Source: Candidatus Latescibacterota bacterium (GTDB taxonomy: Bacteria; Latescibacterota; UBA2968; GCA-2709665). From it: DNA of 64,000 bases. Where the stretch lies: positions 3,712,001 through 3,776,000 of the forward strand of contig OZ242358.1 of assembly GCA_965208835.1 (NCBI GenBank), in the 5' to 3' direction. A program made the position numbers and the translations under genes. Shown one piece after another: positions 47,600 through 56,848 of this stretch. Position 1 is the stretch's first letter; every line of letters starts with the position of its first letter. The notes under the pieces are model-generated. The model searched no databases, was not told the DNA's origin, and was given only the letters and a program-made list of their open reading frames with translations.

Positions 47600-48445
47600 G
47601 TGGCGTACGACACACTCGAAGATTTTTTCGGAGATATCGTGGGGAAAGCCAGGCGCGGGCTGGGCTTTTCGGAAGAATCGCTTGCAGACGCAGCGGGGTT
47701 GAGCGCAGGAGATATCGGACGCATTGAAGCCTACGAATTCACGCCCGGCGAGGACGGAATTCTCGCCCTGGCCGGCTCTTTGGATCTGGACGGACAAAAG
47801 CTGATGCGGATTGCGAACGGGTGGGTGCCGGAGTACGGAAATGCGCCGCACGACGACGCGCGACTGTCCGTCGAACGAACGATTCTGGACGCCGGCATGG
47901 AAGTGAACGCCTATGCGATGAAGTGCAAGGCGACCGGGGAAGGCGCGATTGTGGACGCGGGCGGGCAGGCGAATCGGATTCTTGCGCTGGCAGAGCGTAT
48001 GCATTTGAAGGTGACGCACGTGCTGCTTACACACGGGCATGGCGACCACGTGGGGGCGCTGGCTGAAATCGCGGCAACAACCGGCGCCCGGGTGTGTTGT
48101 TGCGAACGGGACTTCGGACTTCTGGGCAGCCTGAAGGAACTCGTGACCGATCAGGTGGACGACGGCTGGCGGACGAAAGTGGGACGAATCGCCATCGATG
48201 CGGTGAGTCTCCCCGGGCATACGGCCGGCGGAATCGGTTACGGCGCCGACGGGGTATTCTTCTCGGGCGACGCGCTCTTCGCGGGATCCATGGGCGGCGC
48301 GCTGGGTCCGGCATATACCGGTCAGATCAGTGCAGTAACGGAAAAGGCCCTGTCCCGGGATGAGAAAACCCGCGTTTTCCCCGGGCACGGACCCATCACC
48401 TCCATCGCCGAGGAACTGAAGCACAACCCGTTTTTTGCGCTCTGA
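47600..48445 (+). CDS. MBL-fold metallo-hydrolase with N-terminal XRE-like HTH
   Basis: THGHGDH, PGHT.G, GDALF, PGHG..T...E...NPF; N-terminal KARRGLG.S...LA..AGLS; GTG start after GGAGG. Confidence 0.85.
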   Translation: MAYDTLEDFFGDIVGKARRGLGFSEESLADAAGLSAGDIGRIEAYEFTPGEDGILALAGSLDLDGQKLMRIANGWVPEYGNAPHDDARLSVERTILDAGMEVNAYAMKCKATGEGAIVDAGGQANRILALAERMHLKVTHVLLTHGHGDHVGALAEIAATTGARVCCCERDFGLLGSLKELVTDQVDDGWRTKVGRIAIDAVSLPGHTAGGIGYGADGVFFSGDALFAGSMGGALGPAYTGQISAVTEKALSRDEKTRVFPGHGPITSIAEELKHNPFFAL

Positions 48446-48575
48446 CCCGTGGCGGAAGCCTAATCGGTAATGGCGGCAAGAGCCGACGGCAAGCCGTGAA
48501 AACCGGCGTTTTCATCTCAATTTCCAAGCGATACGGTACACGATGAGGCGTGTCTACAAATCAAGGAGCTTGGAT

Positions 48576-51500
48576 ATGTCCAGGTGGGTTCTTCTTTTCG
48601 GAATCGTCTTGTTCTCCTGCGGTATTGCGATGGGCCAGGAGTATTTCGGCAAGAACAAGGTGACGTATGACGATTACGACTGGCACTATCTGGAGACGGA
48701 ACATTTCAAGATCTATTTCGACAAGGCGTCGCAGTCTGCGGCGGAGTTTGCGGCGAAGGAGGCGGAGCGATCGCTGGTGCGATTGGAGAAGGATCTGAAG
48801 TATACGCTGAAGGACCGGTATCCGATTGTGATCTACAACTCTCACAACGGGTTTTCGGTAACGAACATCACGCCGACGGAGCAGTCGGAGTTCACAGGGG
48901 GTTTCACGGAGTTTGCACAGGGTCGCGTGGTGATCCCGTATACGGGGTCGTATGCCGATTTCCGTCACGTGATCCACCACGAGCTGGTACACGTGGTGAC
49001 ACTGGAGATGTGGACGGGCGGCGGGTGGCTGGGCGCGATGATGACGCAGACGGCGTCGCTGCCGCCGCTGTGGATCGCGGAGGGTGTGGCGGAGTATCTG
49101 TCGCAGGGGGGCTGGGACCGCGAGGCCGACAATTTCATGCGTCACGCGACGATCACGGGCTTTGTGCCGGGGATGATGTCGTTGAGCGGCGCGTTCGCGT
49201 ATAAGGGCGGGCAGTCCGTCTTCGTGATGATCGAGGAGGAGTATGGCAAGGACAAGGTGGCGGAGTTCATTTCGTCGTTCCGTTCCGCGCGTTCCGTGGA
49301 CAAGGCGCTGAAGGCGTCGGTGGGCGAGGGTGTGGAGGAGCTGGACGAGAAGTGGCAGTTGTGGTTGAAGCGTCAGTATTGGAACGAGATCAACCTGCAC
49401 CATCCGTCGGAGGAGGTGGCGAAGCAGCTGACGGAGGCGGGTGCGGGCCGTGGTTTTTACAATATCGCGCCGTCGTTTTCGCCGCAGGGCGACAAGATCG
49501 CGTATGTGACGGAGCGTCAGGGCACGTTCGACATCTACCTGATGTCGGCGATCGACGGTCAGGACCTGGGGCGGTTGGTGGAGGGCGAGCGTTCGTCGGA
49601 CTTCGAGGGGCTGTTCGTGCTGCGTCCGGGCATCACGTGGTCGCCGGACGGGAAGCAGATCGCGTTTGCGGCGAAGTCGCGCAACAAGAACACGCTGTAT
49701 ACGCTGGACGTGCGCAAGAAGCGTGTGACGAAGCGTTTCAAGTTCGATCTGGACGGGTTGTTCGAGCCCACGTGGTCGCCGGACGGCAAGCAGATCGCGA
49801 TCGTGGGGTTGAAGGACGGGTGGTCGGACGTGTACGTAGTGGACGTGGCAGACGAGTCGTTGCGGCGGATGACGCGTGACCCGTATGACGAGAAGCACCT
49901 GGACTGGTCGCCGGACGGGAAGTGGATCGCGATCAGTTCGGACCGGCCGTCGGCGGCGTTGGCGTATGACGGGTCGAAGGACTTCGAGTTCGGTGTGTAT
50001 GACGTGTTCGTGCTGAAGGCGGACGGGAGCGAGATCCGGCGTGTGGTGGAAAGCGAGGTGAACGACAGCCATCCCACGTGGGGACCGGACTCGCAGACGC
50101 TGGCGTTCGTGTCGGACAGGACGGGCGTGGGCAACGTCTACATCACGCGCGTGGACGGCTCTCAGATGTATCCGATCAGCAATCTCTTGTCGGGAGCGCG
50201 GTATATCGACTGGAGCGCGGACGGCAAGAAGCTGGCGTTTACGACGTTTCACCGCGGGGGCTATGACATCTTCGTGATGAAGGACCCGCGCAAGCAGAAG
50301 CGGGGGATGGAGGATCTGCCGCTGACGCGTTATGCGAAGCGTCTGGCGGGCATCGAGGACCGTCCGTTCGTGGAGCTGCAGCGCGAGCGGCAGCAGGAGC
50401 AGAAGGCGGCCGCGGCGGTGGACAGCGGGGGTGTGGCAGCGCAGGAAGACACGGCGGCGGTGGTCGCGGCGGCGGACAGGAAAGTGGAGACGTGGATGTC
50501 GGACCAGATGGCGCTGGCGGCGGCGGAGGCGAGCGGCGGCGACGAGGAGGAGGCCGGGACGGATACGCTGGAAACCGACGGCGACAGGGAGTTGACGCTA
50601 CGCGACTGGAACCGGGAGTTCACGGTGAACAAATACCGCGTGAAACTCAAACCGGAATTCTTCGGGGCGAACGCGGGCTTCGACACGTTCTACGGCGTGA
50701 GCAGCCTGCTGCACCTGTCCCTGACCGACGTGATGGGCGACCACAGGCTCATCATACAGTCCGGGCTGAGCTTCTCCCTCAAAGACAGCGACCTCTTCCT
50801 CGGATACCAGAACCTCAAACACCAGACCAACTATTACCTCAGCGCCTTTCATACGCGTCTGTTCTTTTTCGACCGGGGTCAGTTGAACGCCGATCGGTAT
50901 TTCGGCGCGGAAGCGAGCCTTGTTCGGCCGTTCAGCCGATTCAGCAGGATGGAACTGGGCACGCGGGGCATCAGGATTTCCCGCGAACGCCTCGAACGGG
51001 AACGGTACGACAATCGGTGGGTTCGCCGCGGGTTCACCGGCAGCAGCCTGCGCGGGCTCTCGGGCACGGAAGTCGATTCCCGGGGAGCGGTGGTTTCCTA
51101 CCTGGCTCTGGTGGACGACAACTCGCTGATGGGCGGCTTCGGAGCCGTGGACGGGCGGCGGGTGCGCCTCGGCGTTGAAGGAAGCTGGGCGGGAATGCGT
51201 TTTGCGGCACTCAACGTGGACCTCCGCGAGTACATGCTCGCACTGGACGAATATACCTTTGCCTTTCGTCTCTCCGGCGGCACCAGCTTCGGTCAAAACA
51301 AGAGGGTCTATTTCGTCGGGGGCGTCAACAACCCGGTGAATCCGAATTTCTCAACATTTGCCAACGTGGATCAGGACCGGATCTTCTTTTCCAGCTTTGT
51401 CTGGCCGCTGCGCGGCGTCGAATTGTTCGAATTGGCCGGCGACACATATGTGTTGGCCAATGCGGCGTTCCGTTTTCCCCTCATCCGGGAGCTTATCATG

Positions 51501-51821
51501 GGATGGCCGCTGCCCCTCTTCTTCCAGAACGTCCAGGGCGAATTGTTCCTGGACATCGGCGGCGCCTTTGAACGAGAGAGATGGCGCGACGGCTGGATCG
51601 CCCGCGACGGCGGCTTTGAGCTCAATGTGCCACAACACTTCCGCGGCGGGAGGTCCAAACACGGTCTCGAGAAACCGCAGATGGCAGCTGGGTACGGATT
51701 CGGCGTTCGGGTTAACCTGGGCTACTTCCTGTTCCGGTACGATCTGGCCTGGCCCACGGACTTTGCGCAGACCTACCATCCGCACCAGTATTTTTCAATT
51801 GACATTACGGGACATTTTTAG
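48576..51821 (+). CDS. Peptidase MA-like domain + PD40/TolB propeller + Omp85/BamA-type barrel fusion
   Basis: FGKNKV.Y, HELVH...W.AEG.AEY (gluzincin), repeated WSPDGK, PLRG, G.G.R.NLG...R.D.AWP, C-terminal F. Confidence 0.85.
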   Translation: MSRWVLLFGIVLFSCGIAMGQEYFGKNKVTYDDYDWHYLETEHFKIYFDKASQSAAEFAAKEAERSLVRLEKDLKYTLKDRYPIVIYNSHNGFSVTNITPTEQSEFTGGFTEFAQGRVVIPYTGSYADFRHVIHHELVHVVTLEMWTGGGWLGAMMTQTASLPPLWIAEGVAEYLSQGGWDREADNFMRHATITGFVPGMMSLSGAFAYKGGQSVFVMIEEEYGKDKVAEFISSFRSARSVDKALKASVGEGVEELDEKWQLWLKRQYWNEINLHHPSEEVAKQLTEAGAGRGFYNIAPSFSPQGDKIAYVTERQGTFDIYLMSAIDGQDLGRLVEGERSSDFEGLFVLRPGITWSPDGKQIAFAAKSRNKNTLYTLDVRKKRVTKRFKFDLDGLFEPTWSPDGKQIAIVGLKDGWSDVYVVDVADESLRRMTRDPYDEKHLDWSPDGKWIAISSDRPSAALAYDGSKDFEFGVYDVFVLKADGSEIRRVVESEVNDSHPTWGPDSQTLAFVSDRTGVGNVYITRVDGSQMYPISNLLSGARYIDWSADGKKLAFTTFHRGGYDIFVMKDPRKQKRGMEDLPLTRYAKRLAGIEDRPFVELQRERQQEQKAAAAVDSGGVAAQEDTAAVVAAADRKVETWMSDQMALAAAEASGGDEEEAGTDTLETDGDRELTLRDWNREFTVNKYRVKLKPEFFGANAGFDTFYGVSSLLHLSLTDVMGDHRLIIQSGLSFSLKDSDLFLGYQNLKHQTNYYLSAFHTRLFFFDRGQLNADRYFGAEASLVRPFSRFSRMELGTRGIRISRERLERERYDNRWVRRGFTGSSLRGLSGTEVDSRGAVVSYLALVDDNSLMGGFGAVDGRRVRLGVEGSWAGMRFAALNVDLREYMLALDEYTFAFRLSGGTSFGQNKRVYFVGGVNNPVNPNFSTFANVDQDRIFFSSFVWPLRGVELFELAGDTYVLANAAFRFPLIRELIMGWPLPLFFQNVQGELFLDIGGAFERERWRDGWIARDGGFELNVPQHFRGGRSKHGLEKPQMAAGYGFGVRVNLGYFLFRYDLAWPTDFAQTYHPHQYFSIDITGHF

Positions 51822-51936
51822 CAGCCAGGACGACCCAAAAATCGCGCCGGCGTATAATGCCGGTCCGCCTCTCCGCAAGTCCGGCGCGAAACCGTCTGGC
51901 GGTGCCTGAATTCGGAGTTTCGGGAGAACGTGTGAA

Positions 51937-52245
51937 TTGACGGCCAAAGACCACTACAGGGAAGGATTGAAGCTGATCTCCTCAGGCAGCCTGGACGGGG
52001 CTCTCGAGATGTTTCACAAGGCGCTGGAAGAAGATCCGGAGTTTTACATGGGGCATCTGGGCCTGGCGCAGGTCCTGGACAGGCAGGGCAAGGTCGATGA
52101 GGCGATTCTGCACGCCCGGGATGCGATTCGGATCGCTCCGGAGGAGCCGCTCGCCCATACGAGTCTCTCGAGGCTCTACCAGCAGAAGGGCATGATCGAA
52201 GAGGCGGAGGAGGCGATGGAAACCTCCCGGCGGTTGCAGTCCTGA
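51937..52245 (+). CDS. Small TPR protein
   Basis: Three TPR-like repeats (A...F.KAL..DP, GLA......G..DEA, AH.SLSRLY...G). Confidence 0.8.
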   Translation: MTAKDHYREGLKLISSGSLDGALEMFHKALEEDPEFYMGHLGLAQVLDRQGKVDEAILHARDAIRIAPEEPLAHTSLSRLYQQKGMIEEAEEAMETSRRLQS

Positions 52246-52270
52246 CCCCTCAAATCGGGTACATCCAGCA

Positions 52271-52305
52271 GGGCGCGGACATATTGGTTCGCGCCCGCTT
52301 TTTTT
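52271..52305 (+). terminator. Intrinsic terminator
   Basis: GGGCGCG...CGCGCCC hairpin followed by a T run. Confidence 0.65.
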
Positions 52306-53338
52306 ATTTATTCTCCATTGAATCTGCGTTTTCCACGCCGCCGAGCCTGCGGGCGAGCAGAAGACGTATCAGCCCCGGTCCACCTGCAACCAGATATGTG
52401 ATGAAGGCAAGACCATGCATCACCGTCGCGAACGCCAGGGCGTCCGCCAGTGGTACGTCGCATACCGAGTTGAGGGTCTGGCTGCAGAAATAGTGGTAAG
52501 TCCCCGTTCCTCCCGGGGTGGGTATGATAACGCCGATAGTCGAGATGACCAGGACCACGACAGCGTCGAAAAAACCGAGGTCGAAACGAGACGGAAAACC
52601 GAAGGCGAAGAACGTGACATAAGTGGTGAGTATATAAACCAGGTTGAGAAGAATGCTTGATACGAGGATTCCGATATAGCCCGAGGTTGCGCGAACGCCG
52701 CCCAATCCCTGAAACACGGAACGGAGAATTCCGGTCAGCCGGTCCGCGGCCGATCGGGAGACCCATCGTACCGGCAGAGGCACAATATTCAGTGCGCGAT
52801 CGCCGTAGATCGACAGAAGCGCAAAAAGCACAAGGATGCTCACCGTGGCAGCCAGTGCGAACAGAGCGACCCCTTCCATCCATGGGAACGCCGTGACGAT
52901 TCTCCCTCTCGAAAAATATAGGACCCCGCCTAGAAAGATGAGAAGCGCCAGCATGTCGATCGCCCGTTCTACGAGAATGGTGGCGAGAATACTGCTCAGC
53001 GGCAGGCGCCGGTCGCGTTGAAGCGCAACCCCGCGCGCGATCTCGCCGGCACGGGAAATGACGTTGGTTGCCGCGTAGCCCACGAGTATGGCATGGCTGG
53101 CTTTAAGGAAAGATATCTGACGGCTGACGGGTTTCAGGAGGATCTGCCAACGCCATGCACGGGGGAAGATCGAGAGGAAGAGCAGAAAGACACTCAGGGC
53201 AAGCCAGGAAGCGCTGGCTTGTCTGACGGCAGACCACAGCCTGGCAGGTGCGACGCCCTGAAAAGCCAACCACAGAAACCCTGTGGCGAGCGCCGCCCCG
53301 ATGGAAAACTTGAGCAATGTCTTTATGGTTTGAGGCAC
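52304..53338 (-). CDS. Lysylphosphatidylglycerol synthase TM / flippase-like (UPF0104) membrane protein
   Basis: RAWRW..LL, RAGE..R, ER..D, PTPGG.G.Y motifs. Confidence 0.85.
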   Translation of the reverse strand: MPQTIKTLLKFSIGAALATGFLWLAFQGVAPARLWSAVRQASASWLALSVFLLFLSIFPRAWRWQILLKPVSRQISFLKASHAILVGYAATNVISRAGEIARGVALQRDRRLPLSSILATILVERAIDMLALLIFLGGVLYFSRGRIVTAFPWMEGVALFALAATVSILVLFALLSIYGDRALNIVPLPVRWVSRSAADRLTGILRSVFQGLGGVRATSGYIGILVSSILLNLVYILTTYVTFFAFGFPSRFDLGFFDAVVVLVISTIGVIIPTPGGTGTYHYFCSQTLNSVCDVPLADALAFATVMHGLAFITYLVAGGPGLIRLLLARRLGGVENADSMENK

Positions 53339-53353
53339 CGTTGGTATCCACGT

Positions 53354-54244
53354 TCAGTAGCCAAATCCGCGCAGGGCCTGTTCCTTTTTCCGCCAATTCT
53401 GGACAACCTTCACCCGCAGGTCCAGATAGATCGGGGCATCCAGGAAGGCTTCAATCTTGCCTCGCGCATTCTTGCCAATGGATTTCAGTGTATTTCCGTT
53501 TCCACCGATGACGATGCCCTTCTGGGACTTCCGTTCGACGACAATACTGGCCCGTATGTAGGTTCTGTGGCCGCCTTCCCGGTACGTCTCCACTTTGACC
53601 GTCGTTGCATAGGGCAGTTCCTGACGCAGTTGCAGGAAAATCTCCTCCCTGATGAGTTCGGTGACAAAAAACCGCTCCGGGTGCTCGGTGAGCATGTCTT
53701 CCGGGAAGAATAGAGGTCCTGAAGGCAGCGCCTGCTCAAGACTGGACAGAAGCAGATCGACATTGTCACCGGATTGGGCTGAGACCGGCAGAACATCCTG
53801 TACCTGGGCCTCTTTCCTCACGGTATCTGCGCACTGCATTGCCCGGGCCGGGGAAACCAGGTCGGATTTATTGACCGCGACGATGCGCGGGCTCCGGACC
53901 CTGCGGAGGACTTCACGCATTTCCTGGTCGAACGTGGCATCGAAGGCCGAGGCGTCAATCACACCAAGAAACACATCCGCGTCACTCACGGAACGCCTTA
54001 TCTGATCGCACATTCGCTCGTGCAGACGGCAACGGGGTTGAAACAAACCCGGGGTATCCAGAAAAATCATCTGAGAGGTCCGCGAGGTGAGAATGCCCGA
54101 TACCCGGTGCCGCGTGGTCTGAGGTTTTGCGGTTACAATGGACAGGCGTTCGCCGACGAGCAGGTTAAACAGCGTGGACTTGCCCACGTTGGCCTTGCCG
54201 GCGATGGCGATATATCCGGATTTGAAATCGTCCGCGTTTTGCAT
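53354..54244 (-). CDS. era: GTPase Era
   Basis: G.ANVGKSTL, KPQTTR, DTPG, NKSD, ELPY, SQKGIVIG..G (KH domain). Confidence 0.96.
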   Translation of the reverse strand: MQNADDFKSGYIAIAGKANVGKSTLFNLLVGERLSIVTAKPQTTRHRVSGILTSRTSQMIFLDTPGLFQPRCRLHERMCDQIRRSVSDADVFLGVIDASAFDATFDQEMREVLRRVRSPRIVAVNKSDLVSPARAMQCADTVRKEAQVQDVLPVSAQSGDNVDLLLSSLEQALPSGPLFFPEDMLTEHPERFFVTELIREEIFLQLRQELPYATTVKVETYREGGHRTYIRASIVVERKSQKGIVIGGNGNTLKSIGKNARGKIEAFLDAPIYLDLRVKVVQNWRKKEQALRGFGY

Positions 54245-54259
54245 AAAAGAGTTCAGAAT

Positions 54260-55207
54260 TCAGAAATACAAGGAACCCGAGATGCGGTAGGTGTTGTCCA
54301 ATTCACCATGTTCCAGAAAGGCGAGGTCGAAAGCAACGCGTCTCCCCAGCCTGACGCCCGCACCTGCGGTAAAGTGATTTCCCCTTGCACCCAGACGCAA
54401 GGCCAGCTTGTTCCGGTACAGGTATTCAATGCCGACTCTCGCACCCTGAAAATTGTCCGCGGCGGACTTTTCCTCTCCGACGCTGATACTCCCGCTGCAG
54501 GTGATCACTCCGTCAGCCGACTCAACAGGCCGCGCGAGCGCGAGCCCGAACACAAGGACCGGCGGGACCCGGTCCGACGAGCCGGAGTCGAAAGTGATCT
54601 TCAGGGGAATGAGATTACGAACCATCAGTCCGGCGGTGAGGCCGTGACGGGGGATATAGAGCATGCCGAAATCGATACCGAATCCCGATCCTTTTCCGGC
54701 GTCGAGGTTGCGGGATACGAGCTTCACTCCGGCGCCCGCGGACAGATTCGACCTCAGGCGCCGGCCAAAGGCAAGATGCAGGTGGTACTCAGTTGTACCC
54801 GCGACACGGGAGACGACGGGACGATTGTCCGGGCCCGGCGCAAATGTTGGATTTTCAAGAGTGGTGATCTTGACGCCGTCCACGCCCAGGCGCGTAAGGC
54901 CGACGCCAAATCCGCCGAGAGGAGAAGGCCCGCACAGGGTAAAGACGTCATGGTTGACCGTCCCGCCGAACTGCTCGGCATGTTGTATCTGCAATTCTCG
55001 CCGCCGGAGCCGTTCAAGGCCTGCGGGGTTCCAATAAATGGCTGTCGCATCGTCACTTACGGCCACAAAAGCGCTGCCCATCCCCAGAGGTCTTGCGCCA
55101 GCGCCGAGCAGCAGCGGGTCTTCTGAATAACGGGTTTCGTCCTGCGCTGTAACCGGCACGGGTCGCGACAGGGCGAGCATCAGAATCGCTAGGAGAAACT
55201 GCTTCAC
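54260..55207 (-). CDS. PorV/PorQ family beta-barrel, second paralogue
   Basis: GAGARPLGMGSAF.A.SDDA.A.YWNPAG; C-terminal YRISGSLYF; start set at GTG 55207 because the upstream extension is the MITE. Confidence 0.82.
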   Translation of the reverse strand: MKQFLLAILMLALSRPVPVTAQDETRYSEDPLLLGAGARPLGMGSAFVAVSDDATAIYWNPAGLERLRRRELQIQHAEQFGGTVNHDVFTLCGPSPLGGFGVGLTRLGVDGVKITTLENPTFAPGPDNRPVVSRVAGTTEYHLHLAFGRRLRSNLSAGAGVKLVSRNLDAGKGSGFGIDFGMLYIPRHGLTAGLMVRNLIPLKITFDSGSSDRVPPVLVFGLALARPVESADGVITCSGSISVGEEKSAADNFQGARVGIEYLYRNKLALRLGARGNHFTAGAGVRLGRRVAFDLAFLEHGELDNTYRISGSLYF

Positions 55208-55222
55208 GGGACGGACTCTTAC

Positions 55223-55382
55223 CAGCCCGTTGAAAAAGCCCATCCGGGCTGCGGACGGCCCTTGCGGTCGAAATACTGCGTTGCGCGCCCTCGCCGAATC
55301 GCAGGATGGGACTCGGTTGCGCGTCTTGTCTTCGGCCGCGATAGCTCGGCCTCGCCTGCAGAGCGACTTTATCATCGGACTG
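55223..55382. mobile_element. Repeat family A, full copy abutting a TAA stop codon
   Basis: 160 bp; the flank TTA at 55383-55385 is the stop of the upstream gene. Confidence 0.85.
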
Positions 55383-55949
55383 TTACGGTATGAAATCAAA
55401 GGTTGGAACAAGAATCGCGGTGCTTCCCGGCCGGAGAGCGGAGTCCAGAGCCTTGATGTCGGACGAAACAAGGGCGATGCCGAAGGTCCTGTCAGGCAGA
55501 GGAAATTCGTACGGCTGGATGAGCAGGGAAGGTGAGAAATACAACCTGGAACGACCCCGGGGACCCTCTATCAGCCGGCCACTGAAATCAATCGGTAGCC
55601 GTCGGCCGCGAAGCCGGAGCCCGGAATTTCCGGGTTCGACACTGTGGGGGGCAAGCCGGGCGATCATTTGGAGTTGCGACGACGACGGGTTTGACGCTTC
55701 CGCAAGTCGATAATTCTGAATTGCGCATACCCTCAGGATATGCGCTCCGGCCTTCAGATAGACCTTGCGGGTTGGAAGGTCGATGACGAGGTAGTAGTCG
55801 TCGGGATTCTTGCTTACGAATCGAAGTTCGAGGTCCAGTGCCTGTTTTCTGTTAAGAAGCGTCTGTTCGAGCGAGTCCGGAGCGCTCGCGGCGCCGGCCG
55901 GGACAGACGGTATGGACAAGGAGATCAGGATGGCGAAAGGTAGAGTCAA
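55383..55949 (-). CDS. Secreted L,D-transpeptidase-like protein lacking the catalytic motif
   Basis: TTGA overlap with the LDT stop; signal-like N-terminus; YLVIDL....VYL..G and I.L...D..AL...L.PGS.AIL resemble YkuD but H/C are absent. Confidence 0.5.
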   Translation of the reverse strand: MTLPFAILISLSIPSVPAGAASAPDSLEQTLLNRKQALDLELRFVSKNPDDYYLVIDLPTRKVYLKAGAHILRVCAIQNYRLAEASNPSSSQLQMIARLAPHSVEPGNSGLRLRGRRLPIDFSGRLIEGPRGRSRLYFSPSLLIQPYEFPLPDRTFGIALVSSDIKALDSALRPGSTAILVPTFDFIP

Positions 55950-56572
55950 TAGATGTACACACGGCTTCCGGTGTGTGCCCTGGCGAACGTGGACTTGAGG
56001 TCGGCGTCGTTCAGACGAATGCATCCGTGGGTGATATTTCGCCCGATCAGATTCGGGTAGAGATTGCCGTGAATCTCGTAGCCGTCGCCCAGATCCAGTG
56101 CGAACTTGCCCAGCGTGACCGGATCCAGGCGTCTGAAATCCCACGGTAGTACGGGAGCCTCCAGACCTGCCTCCACGAAAGCCCATTCCGGCTTCTGCCA
56201 TATCGGGTTCACCACTTTTCGCCGGATTTCGAATCGTCCTTTCGGCGTGTTGAACCGCCACAATTTCCGCTTGTCGCTCAACAGAATCTTTCCGCTTCCG
56301 GTTGCGCAGACCGCTTCCTCCAATAGACGGTTTCGGTGCCAGACCTGCAGGCGATTGTGTACCGTGTCGATAACTATATTCGGCCTTTCGTCCAACAACG
56401 CGTTGAGGGCGGCTTCCAGCCTCTCGATTTCCACCTCAAGACGCTTAACTGCTGACGACGAAACGGGGGCGCCTGCCGGACCGGTGCGCGGGCTCGGGGC
56501 GTCCTTCGGACCCGTCTGGCAAGCGACGGTGACCAACAAAGATAGAGAAAAAGAGAAAGAAAACCGGAGCAT
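55946..56572 (-). CDS. L,D-transpeptidase (YkuD) lipoprotein
   Basis: Lipobox TVAC; F.TP.G.F, P.W.KP.W, IHG...IGRNITHGCIRL. Confidence 0.9.
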   Translation of the reverse strand: MLRFSFSFSLSLLVTVACQTGPKDAPSPRTGPAGAPVSSSAVKRLEVEIERLEAALNALLDERPNIVIDTVHNRLQVWHRNRLLEEAVCATGSGKILLSDKRKLWRFNTPKGRFEIRRKVVNPIWQKPEWAFVEAGLEAPVLPWDFRRLDPVTLGKFALDLGDGYEIHGNLYPNLIGRNITHGCIRLNDADLKSTFARAHTGSRVYIY

Positions 56573-56587
56573 GCAAAGCGTACCAAA

Positions 56588-56773
56588 GAAGCTGTCTTAA
56601 AATTCCCAGCGGTCTTCGCACGGCTGCAAAAGCGCCAGTCGGCGTTGGTCAAACCCACCCGTCCTACGAGATCGAGGCTGCGCTTGCTCGCCTCTCATAG
56701 GCGAGTCTTCCCGCCTTGACCGCCACTTTTTCGCTCGTGCTCGGGAACTCACCGGTAATTTTAAAACAGCTTC
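56588..56773. mobile_element. MITE-like repeat family B, copy 1
   Basis: Terminal IRs GAAGCTGTCTTAAAATT / AATTTTAAAACAGCTTC; homologous to 61394-61555. Confidence 0.8.
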
Positions 56774-56778
56774 TAAAA

Positions 56779-56818
56779 CTGGAAAACCGAGAAGAGTGAA
56801 GGCTTCTCGGTTTTCCAG
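56779..56818 (-). terminator. Intrinsic terminator of the DUF4398-like gene
   Basis: Perfect 16-bp stem CTGGAAAACCGAGAAG/CTTCTCGGTTTTCCAG plus T run. Confidence 0.75.
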
Positions 56819-56848
56819 ATTAACAGCTTGATTGAACGCAGCGTTGGA

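Noticed and set aside
48561-50252. 563-aa minus-strand ORF
   Set aside because: Antisense to the BamA-like gene; explained by the extreme codon bias there
55208-55471. N-terminal extension of the PorV ORF, and similar ORFs at 37203, 57931 and 57993
   Set aside because: These are translations of repeat family A; the signal peptide starts at GTG 55207
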